From Minisyncoccota bacterium (GTDB taxonomy: Bacteria > Patescibacteriota > Minisyncoccia > Phycocordibacterales > UBA9973), in assembly GCA_041650615.1 (NCBI GenBank), contig JBAZKU010000001.1:458750-522749 (forward strand): a DNA stretch of 64,000 nucleotides, read 5' to 3'. How positions within the stretch are numbered: the stretch's first letter is position 1; each line of letters starts with the position of its first letter. A program made the translations under genes and the position numbers. The notes beneath the pieces were generated by a model that was given only the letters and a program-made list of their open reading frames with translations, made no database searches and was not told the DNA's origin. This document shows, in pieces, positions 49,336 to 57,852 of this stretch.

Positions 49336-49457
49336 AAAATTAATGACAAAAGTAAAAAATTTTGTCGGTACGGATTTTTTGAAGCTTAAAAAATCCTGAA
49401 ATTGGCTCGCCGTCGCTCGCCAAACCCCTTAAAATCTTTTCTTTTGCCATTAATTTT
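49336..49457 (+). repeat. hairpin element family A
   Basis: core 49366-49434 identical to 51032-51100; arms AAAATTAATGACAAAAG/CTTTTGCCATTAATTTT. Confidence 0.9.
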
Positions 49458-49466
49458 TTAATAATC

Positions 49467-51008
49467 ATGAGTTTTGCAAAAGTTTATTCAGCACAAGTAA
49501 ACCTCCTTTCCGGTCAAATCGTAACCATAGAGGTTGATTTATCGCGTGGGTTGCACACTTTTAACGTGGTAGGACTTCCGGATAATGCCGTAAATGAATC
49601 AAAAGACAGAGTAAGTTCGGCTATAAAAAATTCCGGTTTTAAATCTCCCAAAGCCAAGAACCAAAAAATAATCGTCTCCCTTTCACCGGCCGACTTGAAA
49701 AAAGAAGGGCCGTTTTTTGATCTGGCTATTGCCCTCGCCTATATGCTGGCGTCGGAGGATTTAAAATTTGATTCTGAGAAGAAGATTTTTCTTGGGGAAC
49801 TGGGTTTAGACGGAACGCTGCGACGTATCAGGGGAGCGTTGCCCCTCGTTCAAGAAGCCAAGCGAGCCGGATATGAAGAAATCTTTTTGCCGAAAGAAAA
49901 TGCGGTTGAGGCGGCATTAGTGGAAGGGGTAAAAATTTTTGGCGCAAGCAGTTTAAAGGAAGTGGTGGAACATATTAATGAAGAAAAAAACAAGGAAAAT
50001 AAAAAAATAAAAATTCAACCGAAAACAGAAGTAAATTTTAAAAAAGAAAGAAAAAATTCCGACTTTTCTGATATTAGAGGACAAGAAGGCGCGAAAAGAG
50101 GATTGGAAATAGCGGCTGCCGGCGGACACAATATTGCTATGTACGGTCCTCCTGGTACGGGGAAAACAATGTTGGCGAGAGCCTTCTCTCAATTATTGCC
50201 GGACTTAGGGTTGGAAGAAGTTTTAGAGATCACCGGAATACACTCTGTTGCTGGAGTAACGCGAGGGGAATTAATTTCCACTCCGCCGTTTCGCTCTCCG
50301 CATCACACTTCTTCTTATGTCTCAATTATTGGCGGAGGAACTTATCCGAAGCCTGGGGAAGTGACCTTGGCACACAGAGGCGTTTTATTTTTAGATGAAT
50401 TCCCGGAATTTGAAAAAAGAGTAATTGAATCTCTACGACAACCATTGGAAGATAATGTTGTTTCAATTTCTAGAGCCAAAGGAACAGCTTCTTTCCCATC
50501 AAATTTTATTTTAGTGGCGGCAATGAATCCTTGCCCATGCGGGAATACCGGTTCAAAACAAAAAGTTTGTATTTGTAGGCCGTCTGATTTGGATAGATAT
50601 AAAAGAAAATTGTCGGGGCCGATAATGGATCGTATTGATTTGTGGGTTTCTGTCGGTAATGTTGATTATAAAAAGTTGGGGGAGGAGGGAAATGGGGAGA
50701 AAAGCGAAAAAATAAAATACAGAGTGACAAAAGCGCGGGAAATTCAAAAGAAAAGATTTGAAAAATTTGGTAGAAAAATACAAACAAATAGCGAAATGAA
50801 TGTGAAAGATTTATCCGGAATGATAAAACTGAAAGAAGAAGTAAGAAATCTACTGGATGATAGCGCCGAACGTTTGGCCCTCTCCGCTCGTGCTTATCAT
50901 CGGGTTATCAAAATCGCCCGCACTATTGCTGACCTGGAAAATTCAGAGGAAATTAACTCAAATCATATCTTAGAGGCTATACAATACAGACCGAAAGTGA
51001 ATAGTTAA
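49467..51008 (+). CDS. comM: YifB/ComM Mg-chelatase-like AAA+ ATPase
   Basis: VVGLPD, SPADLKKEG, GPPGTGKTMLA, FRSPHHTSS, LFLDEFPEF, AMNPCPCG. Confidence 0.95.
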   Translation: MSFAKVYSAQVNLLSGQIVTIEVDLSRGLHTFNVVGLPDNAVNESKDRVSSAIKNSGFKSPKAKNQKIIVSLSPADLKKEGPFFDLAIALAYMLASEDLKFDSEKKIFLGELGLDGTLRRIRGALPLVQEAKRAGYEEIFLPKENAVEAALVEGVKIFGASSLKEVVEHINEEKNKENKKIKIQPKTEVNFKKERKNSDFSDIRGQEGAKRGLEIAAAGGHNIAMYGPPGTGKTMLARAFSQLLPDLGLEEVLEITGIHSVAGVTRGELISTPPFRSPHHTSSYVSIIGGGTYPKPGEVTLAHRGVLFLDEFPEFEKRVIESLRQPLEDNVVSISRAKGTASFPSNFILVAAMNPCPCGNTGSKQKVCICRPSDLDRYKRKLSGPIMDRIDLWVSVGNVDYKKLGEEGNGEKSEKIKYRVTKAREIQKKRFEKFGRKIQTNSEMNVKDLSGMIKLKEEVRNLLDDSAERLALSARAYHRVIKIARTIADLENSEEINSNHILEAIQYRPKVNS

Positions 51009-51120
51009 AAAGCAAAGAACAATATTTTTGCCGGTACGGATTTTTTGAAGCTTAAAAAATCCTGAAATTGGCTCGCCGTCGCTCGCCAAACCCCTTAAAA
51101 ACATTGTTTTTTGCTTTTTA
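51006..51120 (+). repeat. hairpin element family A
   Basis: same core; arms TAAAAAGCAAAGAACAATATTTTT/AAAAACATTGTTTTTTGCTTTTTA. Confidence 0.9.
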
Positions 51121-51140
51121 GGTTATCCACAGGTGGGTTG

Positions 51141-51169
51141 TTGACAGTGAACGCTCGTTCACTTATACT
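51141..51169 (+). promoter_or_regulatory. sigma70 promoter with LexA (GAAC-N4-GTTC) operator in the spacer
   Basis: TTGACA-17 nt-TATACT enclosing GTGAACGCTCGTTCAC; upstream of lexA; DnaA box TTATCCACA at 51123. Confidence 0.8.
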
Positions 51170-51209
51170 TTAGGTAGGTCATTTATAAACAATTTAACCT
51201 ATATAAAAT

Positions 51210-51407
51210 ATGTCACAAAAACAATATATTAAAACTGTTGAAAGAGAAATCCAAAGAATCAATAGAATAATTGATTTGAAAATTCTTCGCGGGGAAGAAT
51301 ATTTTAGGGAAGCTAGAGACCATAAGCTTCTCTTGAAAAAAATACGCTTTTATAACAGGCAGAATTTTTTCAGAAAATTATTTCCAACTTTTTCTGTCCT
51401 TTTTTAA
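51210..51407 (+). CDS. small basic hypothetical protein co-transcribed with lexA
   Basis: 65-aa ORF directly after the SOS promoter. Confidence 0.65.
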   Translation: MSQKQYIKTVEREIQRINRIIDLKILRGEEYFREARDHKLLLKKIRFYNRQNFFRKLFPTFSVLF

Positions 51408-51417
51408 ATTTCGCTCC

Positions 51418-51496
51418 GTTTCTTCAAATTTTTCGTCCCTGCGCCCTTCTCGGAGTACCGAGTGGGACCCTCGGGAAGCTCAAAATTTAAAGAAAC
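51418..51496 (+). repeat. hairpin element family C, intergenic copy
   Basis: core matches the rsmA insertion; arms GTTTCTTCAAATTTT/AAAATTTAAAGAAAC. Confidence 0.88.
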
Positions 51497-51511
51497 TTCG
51501 CTCAGATAAAA

Positions 51512-52078
51512 ATGAAAAACATTTATCAGACAAAACTGGAAAATTTCTACGGGAAAAATAAAAGAATGCCCACCTATTCTGAAATGCTGGAGCTTTTCAA
51601 TTTCAAATCCAAGAATGCTGTTTTTAAGATTGTAAATAAGCTGATTGAAGCGGGAATTGTTGCTAAGGACCATCTAGGAAGGTTGATGCCGACCGAGATT
51701 TTTAGTGAAATACCAAAACTCGGTTTTGTTACCGCTGGATTCCCAGCTACGGTAGAAGAAGAATTGACCGATACAGTAAATTTGGATGATTTTCTAATAA
51801 AAAATAAACCATTAACTTATATGTTAGAAGTGGATGGGGATTCTATGATTGATGCGCACATAGAAAAAGGGGATATGGTTCTCGTAGAAAAAACAAATCA
51901 AGCCAAAGACGGGCAAATTGTTATCGCGGAAGTGGATGGAGATTTTACAATGAAATATTTTAAAAAAAATGGTTCCAGGGTTTGGCTAGAACCAGCCAAT
52001 AAAAATTATAAACCAATTTATCCAACTCAAAGCTTGAATGTGATTGCGATATTAAAAGCTGTAGTTAGAAAATATTAA
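51512..52078 (+). CDS. lexA: LexA family SOS repressor
   Basis: PTYSEM winged HTH, AG cleavage site (VTAGFP), catalytic Ser (GDSM) and Lys (TMK). Confidence 0.9.
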   Translation: MKNIYQTKLENFYGKNKRMPTYSEMLELFNFKSKNAVFKIVNKLIEAGIVAKDHLGRLMPTEIFSEIPKLGFVTAGFPATVEEELTDTVNLDDFLIKNKPLTYMLEVDGDSMIDAHIEKGDMVLVEKTNQAKDGQIVIAEVDGDFTMKYFKKNGSRVWLEPANKNYKPIYPTQSLNVIAILKAVVRKY

Positions 52079-52089
52079 ACAGAACAAAA

Positions 52090-52114
52090 TAAAAAGCCCC
52101 TAAGGGGCTTTTTA
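52090..52114. terminator. bidirectional intrinsic terminator
   Basis: AAAAAGCCCC-TAA-GGGGCTTTTT. Confidence 0.85.
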
Positions 52115-52136
52115 TTTTTTATCTCGAGATAAAAGA

Positions 52137-52409
52137 TTAAGCAACTGCGTCTTTTAGGGCCTTGGCAGCTCTGAATTTTGGAACTTTCTTAGCAGCTACT
52201 TTGACTTGCTCTCCGGTCTTTGGATTGCGAGCTGTTCTAGCAGCGCGTGCCTTTACGGAAAAGATTCCGAAGCCGGCGATTGATACTTCGCCACCTTTCT
52301 TCATGGTGCCGATGATAGCGTCAAACAAACTGTCAACAATTTCTTCAGCTTGTACTTTTGTACCACCAAGCTTTCCATGTACTAACTCAGCTAATGCTTG
52401 TTTATTCAT
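52137..52409 (-). CDS. hup: DNA-binding protein HU
   Basis: MNKQAL, GFGIF, ARNPKTGE, PKFRAAKALKDAV. Confidence 0.97.
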   Translation of the reverse strand: MNKQALAELVHGKLGGTKVQAEEIVDSLFDAIIGTMKKGGEVSIAGFGIFSVKARAARTARNPKTGEQVKVAAKKVPKFRAAKALKDAVA

Positions 52410-52580
52410 ATTTTTAAAGGTTATTTTTATAATGCTTTCGACCGTTTGCTTATATAAATACTATCCATACATTATATATCAAGGGTTTTTTAAGGCAAGC
52501 TCCCACACTTTCTTCTCTGAAGCGCTAAAAAGCGTATTGTTATCAATATCAGGGAAGATAGTGTGGGGGCAAGTGTGTCT

Positions 52581-52696
52581 AAAATAGAAAAAGAATAATT
52601 TTTAAAGGGGTTTGGCGAGCGACGGCGAGCCAATTTCAGGAAATTTTAAGCTTAAAAATTTCCGTACCGACTAAAAATTGATTCTTTTTCTATTTT
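52581..52696 (-). repeat. hairpin element family A (minus strand)
   Basis: core with altered inner stem GGAAATTTTTAAGCTTAAAATTTCC; arms AAAATAGAAAAAGAAT/ATTCTTTTTCTATTTT. Confidence 0.9.
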
Positions 52697-54226
52697 TTAC
52701 CTCGCATATTCAATAATTCTGGTCTCTCTTATCATTGTAACCTTGATTTCGCCAGGGTATTTCAATTCTTGTTCTATTTTTACGGCAATATCATGAGCCA
52801 TTATCTTAGCTTCAGCGTCGGATACTTTTTCCGGAGTAACAAAGATGCGAATTTCACGGCCAGCCTGAAGCGCATACGATTTTTCCACTCCCGGAAAAGC
52901 ATTTACCAATCCTTCAAGTTCCTGTAATCTCTTCAAGTAATTTTCCACTGAATCACGGCGAGCTCCGGGTCTGCCACCGGAGATAGCGTCAGCTGTTTGG
53001 ACGATTACCGCTTCTATTGTTTCATACGGATAATCTTCATGGTGGGATTTCATTGCGGTGATAATGCGTTCGTCCGCTCCGAATTTCTGTAAAATTCTTA
53101 TCCCTATTTCAATATGTGTGCCTTGTACTTCGTGGTCCAACGCTTTACCGATATCATGTACCAGTGCCCCGGCTTTAGCTATCGCCACATCTGCGCCTAA
53201 TTCCTCGGCAATCATTCCAGCGATGTGCGCCATTTCAATGGAATGCTGAAGCACATTTTGTCCGTAACTGGTGCGGAAATATAATCGTCCAATAATAGCA
53301 ACAATACGTGGGTCAAAATTAAATATTCCGCATTCATATACCGCTTGTTCTCCTTTTTCTTTAATGATTTTATTTATTTCTTCTTTTGCTTTTTCTACTA
53401 GCTCTTCAATCTTGGCTGGTTGAATGCGCCCGTCTAAAATCAAGTTTTCAAGCGCAAGACGGGCAACCTGGCGTCTAATTGGGTCAAAGGAAGAAATAAT
53501 TATTGATCCTGGAGTATCATCCACAATAAGTTCAACCCCGGAAGCTCGTTCAAAAGCCCTTATATTTCGGCCTTCTTTTCCAATAACTTTGCCCTTAATT
53601 TCATTGTTTGGAATATTCACTATGGTTGTCATTAATTCAGAGGCGGTGCTTGAAGCAAGACGCTGGATAGAAGTGGCTAAAATGTCTTTTGCCCTGTTAT
53701 CTAGCTTTTCTTCATTGCTATTTTCAAGTTTTTGAATTCTGATCAAAAGATCTTCCTCGTATTTCTTTTCAATGTCTCTCATTAGCTCTCCTTTTGCTTC
53801 TTCTTCCGTTAGTTTTGATACCCTTTCTAATTCAATTATCTTTTCCGCTTCTATTCCCGAGACCTTTTCCTGAATTTTTTTTACTTCTTCTACCTTAAGT
53901 TTAATATTTTCAGTTTCTTTATTTATTTCCACTTGCCGAGCATCCAAAAACTCATCTTTTTTTATAAGTCTTTTTTCTGTTTCTTTATATTCCTCTTCTT
54001 TCTTTTTCTCTTCCTCTTTTAGCTCAGCAAGCCTTTTCTCTACTTTATTTTTAGCTTCATCTATAAGTTTCTGCGCTTCTTCTTTAGCGCCAACCAACAT
54101 CTGCTTTATATCTATTTCTATGGATTTTCTCTTTCCCAGCGCAACAACCATTCGCAAATAGTATCCGATTCCCGCGCCCAAAAGGAGCACTCCGACTCCG
54201 ATTAGAATTATTGTTAATAAGCTCAT
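52697..54226 (-). CDS. rny: ribonuclease Y
   Basis: N-terminal TM, coiled coil, KH (IGKEGRNIR), HD (HDIGKA), AGREIR. Confidence 0.97.
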   Translation of the reverse strand: MSLLTIILIGVGVLLLGAGIGYYLRMVVALGKRKSIEIDIKQMLVGAKEEAQKLIDEAKNKVEKRLAELKEEEKKKEEEYKETEKRLIKKDEFLDARQVEINKETENIKLKVEEVKKIQEKVSGIEAEKIIELERVSKLTEEEAKGELMRDIEKKYEEDLLIRIQKLENSNEEKLDNRAKDILATSIQRLASSTASELMTTIVNIPNNEIKGKVIGKEGRNIRAFERASGVELIVDDTPGSIIISSFDPIRRQVARLALENLILDGRIQPAKIEELVEKAKEEINKIIKEKGEQAVYECGIFNFDPRIVAIIGRLYFRTSYGQNVLQHSIEMAHIAGMIAEELGADVAIAKAGALVHDIGKALDHEVQGTHIEIGIRILQKFGADERIITAMKSHHEDYPYETIEAVIVQTADAISGGRPGARRDSVENYLKRLQELEGLVNAFPGVEKSYALQAGREIRIFVTPEKVSDAEAKIMAHDIAVKIEQELKYPGEIKVTMIRETRIIEYAR

Positions 54227-54236
54227 AAGCCTTGTG

Positions 54237-54378
54237 TCGGCTTATAAAAACAAACCACTATATTTGCGATCCTATTTCTTTACTAGCAATTCTTGCAAAG
54301 ATTTGATTTATCCCGCTAAAGCGCGGGAATTTTCTCTTTAAAAACTTCATAAATATATGGAATATTCCTATAAACCAA
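54237..54378 (-). ncRNA. candidate structured RNA / leader upstream of rny
   Basis: long closing stem TTGGTTTATAGG...CCATATATTTATGA / TCGCAAATATAGTGG...TTTATAAGCCGA enclosing two hairpins. Confidence 0.4.
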
Positions 54379-54529
54379 TCGAAAATAAATTTGTAAAATT
54401 CAACGGATATAGTATAACAAATTGCACTTATTTTGTCTACGGGTTGCATTTTTTCGTAATACGTGCTATGATTTTGGCAAATAAAAATGTTCTTAATGCA
54501 CTAATTCACTCATCTATTTTCAGGAGATT

Positions 54530-54820
54530 TTGATGAAAAAAACCCGAAAGTCTAAGAGAAAAAGAAATTCACTTGAAAAAGACATTGACGCGATAATCAG
54601 TTTTCTTGAAAAAGAAAAAATTAAGAGACTAATAATCAGAAGAGAGATGGATAAAGCCAGAATGGCCTTCTTAAAAGTTGCAGAAAAACTCACTACTCCT
54701 GATTTTAGAGAATTGGATAAATTAATTTCAAGAATTGGTCGGTGTTCTATGACGAGAATTAGCAATCCTCCCCGTTGCAGTAATAGGTATAGTCGTCGTT
54801 CAGGCCACGGGGCGAGATAG
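54530..54820 (+). CDS. hypothetical basic protein
   Basis: AGGAG SD upstream and terminator downstream. Confidence 0.55.
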   Translation: MMKKTRKSKRKRNSLEKDIDAIISFLEKEKIKRLIIRREMDKARMAFLKVAEKLTTPDFRELDKLISRIGRCSMTRISNPPRCSNRYSRRSGHGAR

Positions 54821-54832
54821 TTTTTAATACAC

Positions 54833-54864
54833 AAAGCCTCATCAATAATATTGATGAGGCTTTT
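54833..54864. terminator. intrinsic terminator (bidirectional)
   Basis: AAAGCCTCATCAATA-A-TATTGATGAGGCTTT. Confidence 0.85.
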
Positions 54865-54881
54865 ATTTTTCCTTTTTAAAA

Positions 54882-55481
54882 CTAGGATTTGGAGAGAGGA
54901 GTTTTTGACTTAGTAACTATTTCATCAATAATCCCATATTTTTTAGCTTCTTCGGCATCCATAAAGAAATCTCTTTCTACATCTTTTTCTATTTGAGGTA
55001 GAGGCTTGCCCGTGTTTTTAGCTAAAATTTTATTTAAATTGTCTTTTGTTTTTAAAATATGTTTTGCGGTAATAGCAATATCCGTAGCTTGCCCTTCCAC
55101 TCCGCCCAATGGCTGATGAATCATTATTTCCGCATTCGGCAAAATAAATCTTTTACCTTTTTTCCCTGCGGATAAAATAATGGCCGCGCCGGACGCTGCT
55201 ACTCCCACACAGAAAGTGGAAATATCGGGGCGGACATGATTCATGGTGTCTACTATCGCCAAAGTGGAAGTGACAGATCCTCCAGGAGAATTTATATACA
55301 AAGCTATATCTTTTTTTGCGTCTTCGGATTCAAGGAAAAGAAGCTGAGCAATGACAATATTCGCCACATTATCGTCAATCGGACCGGCTAAAAAAACTAT
55401 TCTTTCTCGTAAAAGACGAGAATATATATCATAAGCTCTTTCTCCAAATTGTGATTTTTCTATGACTGTGGGTATCAACAT
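54882..55481 (-). CDS. clpP: ATP-dependent Clp protease proteolytic subunit
   Basis: [33 protein letters not shown]. Confidence 0.98.
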   Translation of the reverse strand: MLIPTVIEKSQFGERAYDIYSRLLRERIVFLAGPIDDNVANIVIAQLLFLESEDAKKDIALYINSPGGSVTSTLAIVDTMNHVRPDISTFCVGVAASGAAIILSAGKKGKRFILPNAEIMIHQPLGGVEGQATDIAITAKHILKTKDNLNKILAKNTGKPLPQIEKDVERDFFMDAEEAKKYGIIDEIVTKSKTPLSKS

Positions 55482-55496
55482 ACAACTATTATAGCA

Positions 55497-56654
55497 CTAT
55501 TTTTGATTTTCTAGAAATTGAAAAACTTTTTCGTTTGTGAGAACATTTTCGGCATGAAGGGTGGCTCGTTCCGGGTCAGCATCTTTATAATGTTCCAATA
55601 TTTTTGCCACCTCATTGGCCACTTGTTCTTTATCTGCTTCAATTTTTTCTATTTCAGCAATTTTATTCAGAATAAGTCCAAGTTTTGCTTTCTTTTCCGC
55701 ATCGATCCTGAATTCTTTTCTTAAATCAGGGACTGTTTTATTCAGATGTTTCAAATAATCTTCAAATTTTAATCCCATTTGAGTGATGTCAGATTCCATC
55801 CTATACAAAATCTTATCCAATTCCACTTCAATCAAAACTTCCGGCATTTCAACTTTTAAGTCATCAATTATTTTTTCGACGATTTTCAATCTGGTTTTCT
55901 CTTTTGCTTGATTTACTTTTTCCAGCTTTATATTTTCCTTTAGTTTTTCTTTGAAATCTACGACATTCTTAAAGGGTCCAAGCGCTTGCACAAATTCATC
56001 ATTAAATTCAGGTAATTCCTGCTTTATTTCCTCTTTCTCTTTTTCGTTATCGTGTTCTTCTCCCTCTTTATGTATATGTTCCTCTGCCTTATCCGCCATA
56101 TGTATTTTAGGAGCGCGAGATTTTCTGATATCCGTGATGGTATCTTCTACTTCTTTTTCTGTTACCTCTGTGTTTTTTTCGGCATCCGTTGTTTCGGAAA
56201 TTATTTTTTTAGCAATCTGTTTGTAATCGGGAAGTTTCATTTCCGGCATAGTGGCTGTTTTAATTTTAAATCCCAATGGGTTTTTGCGGGCAAGTTTGGT
56301 AATAGAAATTTCCGGACGGCTTATAGCGTCAATCCCGTTAGAGGCAGAGGATCGCTGCGAGCCCTCGCGGCCTCTAACGGGATCAATTTTATTTTCTGTT
56401 ATCTCTCCGCTAAGAATTTTAGGGTAAATATCTGAGATAGCCATTTCTGCCATTTCTCCTAAAATTTGTGACTCGGGCACTTTGGAAAGCAAAATATTCT
56501 CTGGAACTTTTCCTTTTCTAAACCCATCTATTTCCAAATTATCCCCGATTCTTTTTAAGGCCTTGTTGAAATATGTTTCAAAAGCATCAGCTTCAATTTC
56601 ACCTTCAATTTCCACTTCGCTTTTTGGAAGTTTTTTAATACTTATCTTTGGCAT
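55497..56654 (-). CDS. tig: trigger factor (PPIase domain apparently absent), with in-frame insertion
   Basis: IDGFRKGKVP, LPDYK, LPEFNDEF; upstream of clpP. Confidence 0.93.
   Translation of the reverse strand: MPKISIKKLPKSEVEIEGEIEADAFETYFNKALKRIGDNLEIDGFRKGKVPENILLSKVPESQILGEMAEMAISDIYPKILSGEITENKIDPVRGREGSQRSSASNGIDAISRPEISITKLARKNPLGFKIKTATMPEMKLPDYKQIAKKIISETTDAEKNTEVTEKEVEDTITDIRKSRAPKIHMADKAEEHIHKEGEEHDNEKEKEEIKQELPEFNDEFVQALGPFKNVVDFKEKLKENIKLEKVNQAKEKTRLKIVEKIIDDLKVEMPEVLIEVELDKILYRMESDITQMGLKFEDYLKHLNKTVPDLRKEFRIDAEKKAKLGLILNKIAEIEKIEADKEQVANEVAKILEHYKDADPERATLHAENVLTNEKVFQFLENQK
56332..56383. repeat. in-frame palindromic insertion in tig (PVR...SNG)
   Basis: perfect 14-bp arms ATCCCGTTAGAGGC/GCCTCTAACGGGAT; ATTGA repeated at both ends on the coding strand. 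Confidence 0.85.
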
Positions 56655-56896
56655 TAGTTTATAGCATTTACATCAACATCAATATTTGTGTCTATCGCGT
56701 TTAAATCTTGTTCCAGTATGTCTAGTTCATTAACATCTGTCTCCGCAGGGGTCATGTTTTCTGATTGAAGGTTTTTCTGTTCCAACGCGCTTTTTACTTT
56801 TGATTGCCAAATGTAAATCCCGCCGATAATAAGAATAATAACAATAATTATTGAGCCAAGGAGCGCTCCGTTTGATTTTTTTTCTTCTAGTTCCAT
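56654..56896 (-). CDS. small single-pass membrane protein
   Basis: GALLGSIIIVIILIIGGIYIW followed by acidic tail. Confidence 0.7.
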   Translation of the reverse strand: MELEEKKSNGALLGSIIIVIILIIGGIYIWQSKVKSALEQKNLQSENMTPAETDVNELDILEQDLNAIDTNIDVDVNAIN

Positions 56897-56923
56897 ATAT
56901 ATTTATTTTAATTTATTTATAAT

Positions 56924-57664
56924 TTACTGAGTGGTTTCGACGTTACCATTTGTTTCTATTTCTGCCTCCATTTTGATCTTGAGATTGTCTTTCAATGATT
57001 TAACAGCATCATTAAGCGTTTGATGAATTTCTTTTATAAGGGTTTGTATTTCTCCCGCTAGCGTTTTTAATTTAGTTTTATCTTCTGTTGAAAGTTGATT
57101 GGTTGATTCGGCAAGCAAAACGTTTATCTCCGTGATTTTTATATTAACTTCAGCCAATTTCGTTTCAGTATTTGCTATAAGACTTTCTGCCTTTGCAACG
57201 TCAACACCCTTTGCTTTAAGTTTTGTTATCTGGGAATTAATTTTATCTTTTAAATTACTTATTCTCTCCACCGCGTTATCAAATCTTTCTAAAGCTTTTT
57301 CTCGGCCCTCAATCCTCGCCTCTTCTATTTTTGCCTTAACTTCATCCTTTTCATTTTTTAAAGCTTCTTTTAAAGCCTCCATTTTATTTTTTGCTTCTTC
57401 TCGTAAAGTTTTTACCCCTTCTTTTAATTTTTCAATTCGGGTATTGACTTCAGCCCTTACCGTAGCATTAACTTCAGTTTTTGTCTCAGTATTAACTTCA
57501 TTTCTTAACTTTACTTCTTCTCTTATATTTTTTATTTCTTGTCCTAAATTTTGTACGGAAATTGATGCAGCTGTATTAAGTTTAGCTGCCTGTGCTATTG
57601 AAAACGATCCTAAAGACGAAAGAACTAATGTACCTATAATAAACAAATTTAAATATTTTTTCAT
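56924..57664 (-). CDS. secreted coiled-coil protein
   Basis: signal peptide ending AQA; long heptad repeats. Confidence 0.75.
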   Translation of the reverse strand: MKKYLNLFIIGTLVLSSLGSFSIAQAAKLNTAASISVQNLGQEIKNIREEVKLRNEVNTETKTEVNATVRAEVNTRIEKLKEGVKTLREEAKNKMEALKEALKNEKDEVKAKIEEARIEGREKALERFDNAVERISNLKDKINSQITKLKAKGVDVAKAESLIANTETKLAEVNIKITEINVLLAESTNQLSTEDKTKLKTLAGEIQTLIKEIHQTLNDAVKSLKDNLKIKMEAEIETNGNVETTQ

Positions 57665-57852
57665 AATTTTACGACGTTAAATTGATAATCAAACTAAACT
57701 AGATTATAGCAAAAAATCAGGACAATTGCTATTCTCGTATGCTTGTTTGTTTTGACTTTTAATAAGTGTTCGGGTATAGTCATTTACAGTCAATAAATTA
57801 TAGAAAGTCGAAGATCTATAATCTTTTATTATTAATAATTTTAAAAAAAATT

